A DNA stretch of 64,000 bases. Origin: Naegleria gruberi. Lineage: Eukaryota. Every line of letters begins with the position of its first letter. The stretch's first letter is position 1. The DNA lies in assembly GCA_000004985.1 (NCBI GenBank), contig GG738913.1; one strand, 5' to 3'. The notes beneath the pieces were generated by a model. That model had not been told where the DNA came from. It saw only the letters and a program-made list of their open reading frames with translations, and ran no database searches. The translations under genes and the position numbers were made by a program. Below are positions 31,476 through 42,281 of the stretch, in pieces.

Positions 31476-33362
31476 ATGATCAGAAAATCCATTATTCCAG
31501 CAATCTTTTTTAAAGAAGGTCAATTCGAAGAATTTATCATGCCATCCCCAAAGACATTTAAAATCCACACTCCAGCAATTAACCATAGAAAGAAATTAGT
31601 TATTGGTCCACTTTCAGCATTTCTCCCATTAGAAATAATTGAATGTGTACTTTCATTCATATCTCATCAAGATTTCATTCAAGCTCTTTCAGGTTGTTTG
31701 TATTCTCTTGAGGGAGGAAAGAAATTTGCATTAAATCCACCAAACGAAACTGAATTTGATGAAGATTTGAATGTCACTCGATTGGAATTACTTCAATTAG
31801 TGAAGAGAAGAGGAGGTGTCATTGCCTCAAGTATTAAGGATGTTGAGGTTTTGAGTGCAATTTTCTCGATTCGTATACCAGTTGATGATTCGTTTAAACT
31901 CAAGATTCATTTGATGAATATCGACAATTTGAGTAACAAGCTGATCGATTTACTTGAACAGTTTCACACTGTAGAATTGGATAACATTAATCTGAAATTT
32001 TCAGATATTCATTCCATTCTCAATCTAAGAACAAGCAAAATTAACAAACTAATCATTAACAGGTGCAAAACCATTGAATTTAAAGAAAAAGCAATTTCTT
32101 GGAATAGAGTTGCTGCCAGAGAAATTGTGAAATGTTTCAAATCACTTACAATTATTGAAAGTCCAGATATGGTTGAGTTTTGTAATACGTGTAAATTCAA
32201 TGACCTGGAAAAATTGCATGTCATTGATGAGCGTTGCATCAATCTACCAATTTTAAATCCCAATGAATATCCAAATTTGACAGATTTTGGTAATAACCAC
32301 TTTAAAGTCAAAAATCAAAGAGCTCTGAAGAAACTCTTTCTCAATAGAATTGACAGTTTAAATTTTAATCAAGAAACAGCCAATTTGTGGTCTTCCATTA
32401 TTGTAAAATATCCACCTTATAGAATTAGAGATGTATCCTATCTGAAAGTGCCTGAATTGACCATTCTAAGTGAGGAAAGTAATTTATCCTTACATGAAAT
32501 GATGGAAAAAGTTGCAGTTTTTGAACATGTTATCATTCCAGAAACATTCATAAGATTAACTACTGAAAGTTTAAGTGAAATTTCCAATCCAAATCTTAGA
32601 AGAATTACAATTATGACCTCACGTCAAAGTAGAATTATTGTAAAGATTTTGAAAGCTCGATTGGAATGCATGTTTCCAAATGCATGTATTTTCATAAAAG
32701 AAATGGAAGAAAGAATAATCACAAAGCCATCTAAACAATTTGGTATCTTTAAATGGGAAGATGAGAGACTTGGAAATATATTCGAAAGACTTTTGAGAAG
32801 AATTGATTCCATTTCTAATCAATGCATTTATTTGAGAGAGGAGGCATCCAAAACATTTATTCAACAAATTAAAGAATCAATGAAGACTCTTGGTGAATTA
32901 TTTGAAGAAAGAAACAGCTCTCGGAGAAACATTACCAAAGAATTAATGATATTCCAAACTGAAACCTATTTACTTGAAGGTTTGAAAGCCAACATTGAAT
33001 TTGCATTACACAATGTCAAACACGCCATTGAAATCTACGAAGAAGTCATTGGAAAAGATGAAATCATAGCAAGGGTCATTTCCAAATACGAAGCAACTCT
33101 AAACTCTTCTGTCAGTGGTCAATTCCTCAATCAGAATCTCAAACTTTTGGAAGAAAGCTTTGATGACATGAAATACCACTTTGAAATGAAGGGTTTCACC
33201 TACAAATTGCTGTTCAAGAATTTGTGGCAAGCAGATGATGTTGTCGAGTTCTATAGAGATGGATATTTTGATAATGAAGAGGAAGAATTATTTCTAGATG
33301 AAGAGGATAATATCTTGTTTGAAGATGAAGAATGGTTATCAGAGTTTAGTGATGAAGAATGA
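31476..33362 (+). CDS. F-box-like protein with an acidic C-terminus
   Basis: LPLEIIECVLSFISHQDFIQAL F-box-like motif. DEEDNILFEDEEWLSEFSDEE tail. It ends at TGA, and the +1 frame continues GAA TAT TAA. Confidence 0.45.
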   Translation: MIRKSIIPAIFFKEGQFEEFIMPSPKTFKIHTPAINHRKKLVIGPLSAFLPLEIIECVLSFISHQDFIQALSGCLYSLEGGKKFALNPPNETEFDEDLNVTRLELLQLVKRRGGVIASSIKDVEVLSAIFSIRIPVDDSFKLKIHLMNIDNLSNKLIDLLEQFHTVELDNINLKFSDIHSILNLRTSKINKLIINRCKTIEFKEKAISWNRVAAREIVKCFKSLTIIESPDMVEFCNTCKFNDLEKLHVIDERCINLPILNPNEYPNLTDFGNNHFKVKNQRALKKLFLNRIDSLNFNQETANLWSSIIVKYPPYRIRDVSYLKVPELTILSEESNLSLHEMMEKVAVFEHVIIPETFIRLTTESLSEISNPNLRRITIMTSRQSRIIVKILKARLECMFPNACIFIKEMEERIITKPSKQFGIFKWEDERLGNIFERLLRRIDSISNQCIYLREEASKTFIQQIKESMKTLGELFEERNSSRRNITKELMIFQTETYLLEGLKANIEFALHNVKHAIEIYEEVIGKDEIIARVISKYEATLNSSVSGQFLNQNLKLLEESFDDMKYHFEMKGFTYKLLFKNLWQADDVVEFYRDGYFDNEEEELFLDEEDNILFEDEEWLSEFSDEE

Positions 33363-33395
33363 ATATTAAGTGTTTGATTCTTAATATAAATTGTA

Positions 33396-33431
33396 AATAT
33401 TGTAAATATTGTAAATAGCATATAAAAATAT
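33396..33431. repeat. Short tandem repeat (aatattgtaaat, three copies) in the 3' flank of the 31476..33362 gene
   Basis: Read directly: aaatattgtaaatattgtaaatattgtaaatag. Confidence 0.5.
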
Positions 33432-33639
33432 AACATTAAATTAAATAGAGGGCCTATATCGAACGAAATAGCTATGACTGATTGGATGTAAAGTCTTCCT
33501 GTCTATTGATGTTGTTGCTTATTAAGTAGATTGCTCATTTTTTTTAAAATATTTAATTTATTTAATATTTATTTAATATTTCCAATATTTTCCTTAACCA
33601 TGCTTGTGAATCTGTTGACTCTGTTGAATTATCATAGTT

Positions 33640-35028
33640 TTAAAGTGAGATTGTTACATCTGTTAATTGGTTAAATTTCAATGTATGTAATAATTTCTTA
33701 TTAAATTGAATTCTTTCTCCAGTGTAAATTGAAACATGCAATTCATCAACACATTCTTCTGTAATAGAATCCTCTAAATCATTATCATCAGTATTTGTGT
33801 AAAAAACTAAAATTCTTCCATCACTTGTACAAATAAATAAATTATTTCCATCTTTGGACCATTTCATTAATTTAAAATTTTCATTCTTTGCAACTTGTTT
33901 TGGTGTTAAAATAGTATGTGTTTCTACTGCTAAAAAGAATGTTGATACTTGATTTTTTGTTAATACTATCGTTTGATATTTTTTTTCATTAATATTAATT
34001 TGTAATACTTTAAAATATTAAATATTAAATAATAATTAATGCTTACTTTCATCAGATTTTAGTAATATGGTATTGGTATTTATGTGCGTCGAAAATAAAG
34101 CATCTGGATAACCTGAAAAGTAATCAACATTATGTGAATATCTTGCAATTTCTTCTTCAACAATTTCATTGCTTTCAACCTCTTCAATTTTCTCTTCATT
34201 TAACGTCTGTTTAGAATAATCATTATTATTATCTGTAAGAATATTTAATTCTTCATTATCTTCATTTTTAAATGTTTTCTTTTCATTTAGACCACTACTG
34301 ACCATTAGTAGACTATCATCTGGACTTATTTCCATCAGTTTAATACTATCATCATAAATTCTTTCATTATATCGTGCACATTCTTCACTACTGATACTAT
34401 ACATTGCTAATAATGAATCACTCCATAGTATTAAACATTTGCTATTGTACATTGAACCTCCATGTACGTAATAATTAATATAAACTTGTTCTTCTCTTAA
34501 TTTAAAATCTAAATTTTCATTCATAATTTTGTAATTTTGTTTAATATCTAATTGAATTTTTTTATAATTTCCATTTCTATTTCTAGTAAAAATATAAATA
34601 GTATGATCTGCAGATTGAATTCCAACTATATTTTGAATGTATAATATTTGTAATTGATTCATATCTTTATCATTGAAAATTAATTCATTCTCAGACCATG
34701 TTAATATTAATTTATAATATTTTTCATAATAACAACCTAAAATTCTATCGGAATGAACTTGTTTACAATAATTTCCATCTTTTTTAATGGTATTCAATTC
34801 TTCATGTGTCCAATATTGTGTTTGTACATTTTTACTATTTTTTCTATCATAAATTGTTGATGAGAGGTAACCATTATAATATCCGATTAATATTTGATCA
34901 TAATCATGTTGCTTTTGTTGACTTGTTGTTGTATCATTTAATTTCAATGATGATGAATATGATGAAGGGCTAAAAGAATGTTGAATTGTATAAAAACATG
35001 ATGGTTCCCATAATTGTTGTCTCGGCAT
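33640..35028 (-). CDS. WD40/beta-propeller-like protein, two exons joined by a 38-nt intron
   Basis: ATG at about 35028 after an A-rich leader. The donor GAA A|GTAAGC is at about 34046 and the acceptor TTTTAAAG| is at about 34008, which keeps the frame into ORF 33640..33867. WD-like segments HTILTPKQV...KWSKDGNNLFICTSDGRILVF. Stop is TAA. Confidence 0.5.
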
Positions 35029-35163
35029 TTTTTTTTGATCAAAGAACAAAGAACAGTGAAATTTCGTAAAGTTCAAAAGTTCATCCAAACAACAATCAAA
35101 AAATGTGTGGAGCGTAAGTTTGTGTTTTTTATCCACAACCATAACCACAACCATGGTGAATAA

Positions 35164-36963
35164 ATGTATAAAATTCACGTTGATGATGATCATCATCATA
35201 GTCCCCCAATTTTTATATTTCCCACAATTTCACCGGAATGGACAAGGTTTTGGAGAGACAAATTTGATAAGATTGGTGAGACCAATGCAGCCATTATGGA
35301 ATTATACAAGAATAGACAAGAAAATTATGTGGCCCATCGATTGGAAAGTAACTGTTCATTGAGCATTGAGGAGATGAAGAAACACTCGGAGGATTTGAAT
35401 GAGAAGGACAAGGGGGAATTGTGTAGCATGTTGATGAGGAGAAGTATTGCGAGAATGGAAATTTCCAAGTTTGAGGAAGCTGTTGAAGATGTGGAAATGG
35501 CCATTTGGTTGATGGATACAGAGGAGAGAAGAAATCATTTCATTGTATTGTATATTCTTGGTATGGCTCAGTATGGAGCTTGTTTGTATCGAGATGCTGC
35601 TCATACTTTTATGAAAGCCATCGATAATAGAGAATCTATGAATCAGTATGTAAATGAGGAGGAATTTGTGGAAATGGAAAAGGAATTTTTGAATTGGCAA
35701 CTTGAATCTAAAAAACCATTTGAAAAGACAATTCTTGGAATTAATCAAGGAATGACAAATTGGAATAATTCAATTTTTAATGCTAAAAATTCTGTCAAGA
35801 ATTGGTTAAACCATAGTTTGGGTCTAAATACTTCAGATGCTATCATTCAATCAAGACCAAAAACTGTTATTACTTTGGAATTGTTGTATATTAGAGCTGG
35901 GTTGGCTTATTTTGATGCAAATATTTATCAAAATGCCATTCCGTTGTTTACACATGCTATTGATTTGGGTTCTAAATACAAATCAGATAATGTGGGATCG
36001 TCATTTTACAATAGAGGTCTTTGTTATTATTTTTCATGGGATTTTCAACAAGCTTTGGAAGATTTTAGTCATAGTATTCAAGTTCAAACGAAACCAAATG
36101 AGAAACCATTCATTATGAGATCAAGTTTATTTTCTAGAATTGGAAAACAAGATGAATACGAAGAAGATTACAATTGTGCCAGAAATATCAATCCAAGAGT
36201 TTACAAAAGTGGTCTATCTCAATATAGACACATGTCTGAGGATACCTTCTTCCACATGTTGAGCTTTTTAGAAACCAAGCAAATTGTTCAAGTTGTCAGA
36301 ACTTGTAAACACTGGAAGAGTTTGGTGACCAAATATTTACAAGAAAAACCAGTACTCCTTTCTGATACATTCATTGTGGATAAGAGAGTTGCTTTCAATC
36401 AAGATCCTCGAAGTCCTATCATGCAAACATTTTTCCCAAAAAAGACAGTTTCCTTTGCAGAATTTTTTAGAAATGCCTTGATTGTTCCAATACTTTGTCA
36501 GAATGTTGCTCATGCTGTATGTTTTGAATCAGATGATTACTGGAAATACAACAATTACACATCTCTCACACAAGATTTAGTTAAACATTACAAAAATCTC
36601 AAAACATTGAAGACCAGTGAATCGCTCTATGATGATGATTTTAATAATCTTGCATATAATTCACCAAATATAGAAAGTATTGAACTGGATGTGCAATGTC
36701 AATCCAATCAAGTCAGTAATTTACTCACAAAATTTGACAAGTTGACAAGAATTAGATTTGGTAGTATATTCTTCACTCCAAACATGTTTGCCAACCACAA
36801 TCCATCCCTCAAAACTGTAGAATATAGATATCCAACAAAGAAAGATGTTTCCTATCTTCTCGAAACCACAACGTATGAACAACTTGTCGCTGATTCTGAT
36901 AATGAAATGAAATCTCATCCAGAAATTACTTTCCAAGTCCACAAATATCCAAATATCCAATAA
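35164..36963 (+). CDS. TPR-repeat plus F-box protein
   Basis: TPR-like helices (AIWLMDTEERRNHFIVLYILGMAQYGACLYRDAAHTFMKAI). F-box FFHMLSFLETKQIVQVVRTCKHWKSLV. Stop is TAA. Confidence 0.55.
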   Translation: MYKIHVDDDHHHSPPIFIFPTISPEWTRFWRDKFDKIGETNAAIMELYKNRQENYVAHRLESNCSLSIEEMKKHSEDLNEKDKGELCSMLMRRSIARMEISKFEEAVEDVEMAIWLMDTEERRNHFIVLYILGMAQYGACLYRDAAHTFMKAIDNRESMNQYVNEEEFVEMEKEFLNWQLESKKPFEKTILGINQGMTNWNNSIFNAKNSVKNWLNHSLGLNTSDAIIQSRPKTVITLELLYIRAGLAYFDANIYQNAIPLFTHAIDLGSKYKSDNVGSSFYNRGLCYYFSWDFQQALEDFSHSIQVQTKPNEKPFIMRSSLFSRIGKQDEYEEDYNCARNINPRVYKSGLSQYRHMSEDTFFHMLSFLETKQIVQVVRTCKHWKSLVTKYLQEKPVLLSDTFIVDKRVAFNQDPRSPIMQTFFPKKTVSFAEFFRNALIVPILCQNVAHAVCFESDDYWKYNNYTSLTQDLVKHYKNLKTLKTSESLYDDDFNNLAYNSPNIESIELDVQCQSNQVSNLLTKFDKLTRIRFGSIFFTPNMFANHNPSLKTVEYRYPTKKDVSYLLETTTYEQLVADSDNEMKSHPEITFQVHKYPNIQ

Positions 36964-37049
36964 ATGAAGAAAATTTAGTGAGCTGGAATTATTTGGTTAT
37001 TAAGTTTGTTGGCGCAAAATGAATTAGTTTTTGTTAAGATTGTAGAACT

Positions 37050-38495
37050 TTAGGCGAGTTTAGTCTTTTTCTTTGGAGGCTTAACGTCATCAACTAATTC
37101 AACACTATACACGATAGAATTAGGAGCAGAGTTTGGTAATACAGTTCCATCTTCACCCTTACAACAGAATCTTTCTACATTAGAAACAAGATTGCAAATG
37201 GACGGTCTGTTATTCTTCTCCTTCCTTTCTTCTAAGATGGAAATCAATGTGGAAGAGAGTTCTTTCTTTGTCGTGTTGGCAGCATGTACTATTGAAATAT
37301 TTTCCATTACAGTTTTGAGCTCGTTCAATAATAATTGTTCACAGAATGTTGTATAAAGTTCTTCAACAGGTTTCTCACCGAATAGATCAATTCTTTCGAA
37401 TAAATCCTTTTCATCTGTAGCAAAGAAACACAATGAACACAGATCATAGTCATTTTCATCCAATTTGTGATACCTAAAACCTCTGACTTTATCCATGCAC
37501 TTATTGCATGAATATGTTCCAAACTCCTCTTCACCAACCGATTGGAATGTATGATCGTGAGGATGATCAGCATTTTCACACATTTTCAATGTTGATCCTT
37601 TTTGTTTCATAATGACCTTTTCACAACAATATCCACACAAATCATACTCATCACAATCCAAACAATTATATCTGATTCCATGAATTGGTTCTTCACAAAT
37701 ATCACATGAGAATTCTGGTAATTCCTCTTCATCTTCCAATTCATCTTCATCCTCAGAATGTTTTCCACTTAAACTTGAACCATGAACATCGCCAAACATT
37801 TTAGATCTATAAAGTGTATCAATAATATCTTGTTTGTAACCAGAATTTCCTGTTATAAATGTCAAGACATGTGGATAACGTTTTCTGAAATCTTCCTTAT
37901 CCACACAACCAAGATGAAGTGCCTTCCTTTTACCTAACCCAGTCAATTCAATAAATGGTTCATCATCATCAATTCCCTCTTTACAGTTTTCACAATTATG
38001 AAACCTTTTACGTCTCTTCTCAACTGGAATTGGTTCATGGAATACATATTTCGAAGATGAAAATAACGCAAAACGCATCTTGTAAAAAGTTCTCCATGAA
38101 TCCACAAAGCTCTCTTTAAAGTTATTAGAAAGTTCCAATCTCTTCTTGAAATCTTCCCATGTACTGGTATTGAACTTTATCATACATCCTGAATCGTAAC
38201 GATAATGCATGAGTTTCTCCCACAAATCATCACTCCGAGAAAACTTTTCGAATAATTTACAAGTAGGTTGAATAGAAAGTGCCAAATCAAACTCATCCAA
38301 ATAGGTCAAGATATTCATAAATACGCCTCTATACCCATCGTAATAATTATCAATCTTGTCATCTAGAATTATTCTTCCGTGATCATTTTGATCATTGCAA
38401 GATGATGAATGGATTGATGATGATGATGATGACAATTTCTCATCAGCGAAAAGTTTGATAAATTCTTGGAGTATCCTGCGCTTTGGGTCTTTCAT
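37050..38495 (-). CDS. F-box protein with two ZZ-type zinc fingers
   Basis: N-terminal ILTYLDEFDLALSIQPTCKLFEKFSRSDDLWEKL F-box. CDICEEPIHGIRYNCLDCDEYDLCGYCC and CNKCMDKVRGFRYHKLDENDYDLCSLCF ZZ motifs. Stop is TAA. Confidence 0.7.
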   Translation of the reverse strand: MKDPKRRILQEFIKLFADEKLSSSSSSIHSSSCNDQNDHGRIILDDKIDNYYDGYRGVFMNILTYLDEFDLALSIQPTCKLFEKFSRSDDLWEKLMHYRYDSGCMIKFNTSTWEDFKKRLELSNNFKESFVDSWRTFYKMRFALFSSSKYVFHEPIPVEKRRKRFHNCENCKEGIDDDEPFIELTGLGKRKALHLGCVDKEDFRKRYPHVLTFITGNSGYKQDIIDTLYRSKMFGDVHGSSLSGKHSEDEDELEDEEELPEFSCDICEEPIHGIRYNCLDCDEYDLCGYCCEKVIMKQKGSTLKMCENADHPHDHTFQSVGEEEFGTYSCNKCMDKVRGFRYHKLDENDYDLCSLCFFATDEKDLFERIDLFGEKPVEELYTTFCEQLLLNELKTVMENISIVHAANTTKKELSSTLISILEERKEKNNRPSICNLVSNVERFCCKGEDGTVLPNSAPNSIVYSVELVDDVKPPKKKTKLA

Positions 38496-39060
38496 TTTTT
38501 TTTAATAAATTTTGGTTTTATTCAACAGACTTTACAATTTCCCATTCCGAATAATAAAAAAATATTCGCATCGAATCCATGCTGATTTTCGGAATGGTTT
38601 CACATCATGAAAGCATCAAACTTTCACATCTCAACATCATCTGAATAGTAATAATAATAGTAATTTTTATTAGTGGATTATTATCATCAAATAGGAATTT
38701 TTCATGTATTTGTCCAAAATAGTATTTGTGGAAATTAATAGTGTATTATAATTTAATTTTCGTGAAAGTCATCATTTTCACTAAATCTCCCTGCTTGGAA
38801 TTTAAATGAGTTGGATTTACCGTCAAACAATAGTATTTTCATCAAGTTAGGATATTTGAAAGTAACATGTTTTTTACTATTATTTATTAGCAGATTTTCA
38901 TCATGTTGTCAATTTACCAAGTATATGATGTTGATTTCTAGTACACTCGTAGGAAACATCACAAGAAGTATGTGAACATTCCACTCTCTACCTAATAAAT
39001 TCTACGATTACAGATTTTACTCTTACAGTTGAGTGAAAAGTAGCCACAAATTCATTTCAA

Positions 39061-40460
39061 TTATTTAAAAGTTATGGAGATATCAGAAAATCCAGAAAGG
39101 TTTCTATAGTTTCTTATAAATTTTGCTAATAACTGATTTCTAGTTGTCGATACATGATTAACCAAAACGTACATTTCGGTACTAGAGCTCATTAGAATTC
39201 TATCATCTCTACTAATTTGATCAAATTTGAATACCAGTGTTGGAATATTGTTGTAGACAAGCTGTTGTTTCAATTTCTGTTTAACTAGACTCATAACGTA
39301 ATGATGTCCAGTATTATAAATGCTTCCATTATTTGTCAGAAAGTGTGTATTATCAGTTCCACATGTCATGCTTCTAATTTCATCTCCTTTCCATTGAATT
39401 TCAGTAATTGGATATACCTCATCATTTTTAGCGTCAATACCCAACTCACCATCCCTCTGAGTTCCAAAAGTATATAAACAACCATCCTGAGTAATAATCA
39501 TAGAAAATCCATAACTTGATATCATATTCTTGACAGTTTTTTCCTTGCTCTTTGAAAAGAAGTCAATCAAGACAGGCTCAACTTTGTAAACTCTTTCCCA
39601 ACATTCTTCAGTGATAACCCCATCAACATAATCATACTTTTCCCAATATTGCTCTGTCAATTGCCCAAATTCCATATAACCACAAGCATATAATTGTTTC
39701 AGATAATTTGTTGATGCACTTGGAGTGGTTAAAAAGAATACATTGTGTTCTCCACAATAAATAGTTTCCAACTCAATCTTTCCCTTCCCAAACATTTCCA
39801 ATTTGGTTGGTAGCAAGACACTCTCAGATTTATATCCCAGTCCAAGCTGACCCCAATGATTCAATCCAAATCCATAAACTTCAGAATCTTGGGTCAATAC
39901 CATTGAAAAGAAAGTTCCACAGACCAATTTCTTAATATTCAAACCATTCAAACTCTCAATTTTCACAAAATCGTTCTGATTTAAGTTATTTCCAACTCCC
40001 AACTGCCCATTTTCATTCTCTCCAATTCCATAAATACCATCATTTGTAATAAAGAATGTAAAATAAGCTCCAGAAACTATATCCACAATATATAACCCTC
40101 TCTCCTCAAAGAAACTAAACCTAATACACTCTTCATTATGTCCATATTTATCAATCAATTCTGGATCTCTAGTAAAACCCCACAATTCCTGTTTCTTCTT
40201 CTCCCCACAATCAAATGCATTCACAACAAGAAAATATCTTCTCCAATGCGTGCACGACATCTTCTCAATAATCGGAATCAAGTGCTCCGACTCTGGAAAC
40301 AACTCTCGCATACTTGTCATTGCCTTCGAACCCATCGTGGAATTTTCAAAGGCTTTGGGATGAGTCAGTCTAGGATTCTTCCATAAATTATAGTAGAGAG
40401 AACATGAACCCGAGTAGTAGGCTGGAGAATTATTGTCGGAAGCGTGTGGGGAGTACATTA
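39061..40460 (-). CDS. RCC1-repeat protein
   Basis: GIYGIGENENGQLGVGNN and VYGFGLNHWGQLGLG RCC1 signatures. The ATG at about 40460 follows an A-rich leader, and the ORF track extends artefactually to 40632. Stop is TAA. Confidence 0.75.
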
Positions 40461-40802
40461 GATGTGAAGATATTTTTTTTAAAATAAATTTAAAAACTAA
40501 ATTTTCCTTTTTTATATGAAAATTGTTGGCTATGGTGTAACATTTATTGATATTTACATTGAAAACGGATGAAAGTGTAACATTTATTGAAGGAAACATT
40601 AAGTTTGCATTCAAATTTATTTTAAATTTCATTGTAAATAGTTAATAATTTTGTAAACTTTTATTACATCCACCTTATGTCAATTCCCTCTTATTCAATT
40701 TTACAAATAACCAAGCCCATAATCTTATCATCCTACACTTCTTCATTATCTTTTCTCACTTATTAATTATAAAGCTAAATCACAACTTAATTTTGCAAAA
40801 AA

Positions 40803-41965
40803 ATGTCTATCTCAACTACCTTATATAAAGAATACACAATCCACAAAGCCCCAAGTATTCTCAGATTGTGTAGGTATAATGGCAAGGTCGATAACCCTGA
40901 ACAACAAGACAAAACAGTTGTGCTAAAGTTCAACTTCGTTATTTCTCCTTCCTCCGAAATCCATCTTTACAAATCCAATCTCACAAGAATACATTGAGGT
41001 TTTCATGGATGACCAAAAATTGTCTGGAGCCATGAGTAATTGTTGGAGGAAAAAGATTGGCGAGAGGAAGAATTGCTTCTTTCATTGCAACAAATCATTG
41101 GTCAAAAGGCCTATCAAAGAAAGTGACTTTATGATTGTTGAAGAGAATTCAAGTGAATTTGATGAGAATTTATATGAGGTTGTGGCAGAATTTTTGGTGA
41201 TCAGAAAGAAGTTTATTTGCAAAACCAATCCCAATGCGATATTAACCATTGACCTTACCGAATTTCCCTTTGGAGACACTTTTGTCGTATTTGGCTTCCA
41301 AGTCAAGCTTTTAGAGGAAGATTTATTTGAAATGTTAAATCGAGATTCCCATATGTCGAGAGAATTAGATTTGAAACCATGCAGAAGTAAGATTATTGAA
41401 TACTTTTATAGACACAACAGACAAGTATATGAGAAACTTTCCAACAAGATTGTTCCAAATTTCCAATATGTTGCAATGAGTTCAACTTCTCTTATATCAG
41501 GTTTTCACTCTCAAAGCAAATATTCTCAATGGATTAATTCTTGTAAAGGAAAAATACCCAATATTACAATTCTTTCCAATAACATTGGGTGCTCACCAAG
41601 GAAAGTATTGACATTTTTGAAAGGAAGAATGGTTGGTAGAAGAGAGCTACTTTTAATTGAACAATTCGTCAAGTATTCTCCCGCCACAAAGAAGAGAATG
41701 ACGAAACAATTCGACAAGTCGACAACTAATATTTTGTTCAATAGTTATCTTGATTCCAAAAGAGAATTCAAAGAGGAATTTCTAGAATTAAGGAACATTA
41801 TGATAAGGTCTGGGGCTATTCAATTAGTCACTTGTATGGATTTCCATCATTGAACTGGAAGTTGAATGTGGTGATTTAGAATTTATTGAAGATAAATTCT
41901 CCAAAGATATTGAAAGTGGATGGGTAAGAATATTGGAAGGTAAACCACCAAACTTTCAAGTTTAA
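40803..41965 (+). CDS. Hypothetical protein read as three co-linear segments joined by +1 shifts at TGA (40995-40997 and 41851-41853)
   Basis: ORF 40803..40997 ends CAT TGA G, and ORF 41005..41853 is in the +1 frame. ORF 41005..41853 ends CAT TGA A, and the +1 frame stays open for 37 codons (ELEVECGDLEFIEDKFSKDIESGWVRILEGKPPNFQV) to a TAA at about 41963. No domain was recognised. Confidence 0.35.
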
Positions 41966-42281
41966 TCAACAAATCAACTACTATTCGAAACCGAACTTAT
42001 CTTTGAAGGTTTGAAAGCAATCATTGACTTTTTGAAATCTCGAATCCGTTCTTCATTTCAAGCACGATTGCTGTAAAATGTTCACAGTTCATTCCAATTT
42101 CCTTATTTATTCTCAAATTGGATAATTTAAAATCGAGCGTTTGTAAACATGTCAATAATCGTTAATACTCTTTAATTTCAAATGTTCTCTATTCACTAGA
42201 ACCGAAAATGACTGAACACAATCACTTTCATAAAAAATCAACTTGTGAATTGGAAGAAATAACAAATTCACATTAAAAAAA

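Noticed and set aside
39061-40632. Using the full ORF-track extent for the RCC1 gene
   Set aside because: The first ATG with an A-rich leader is at about 40460. The upstream extension is open frame starting at a non-ATG.
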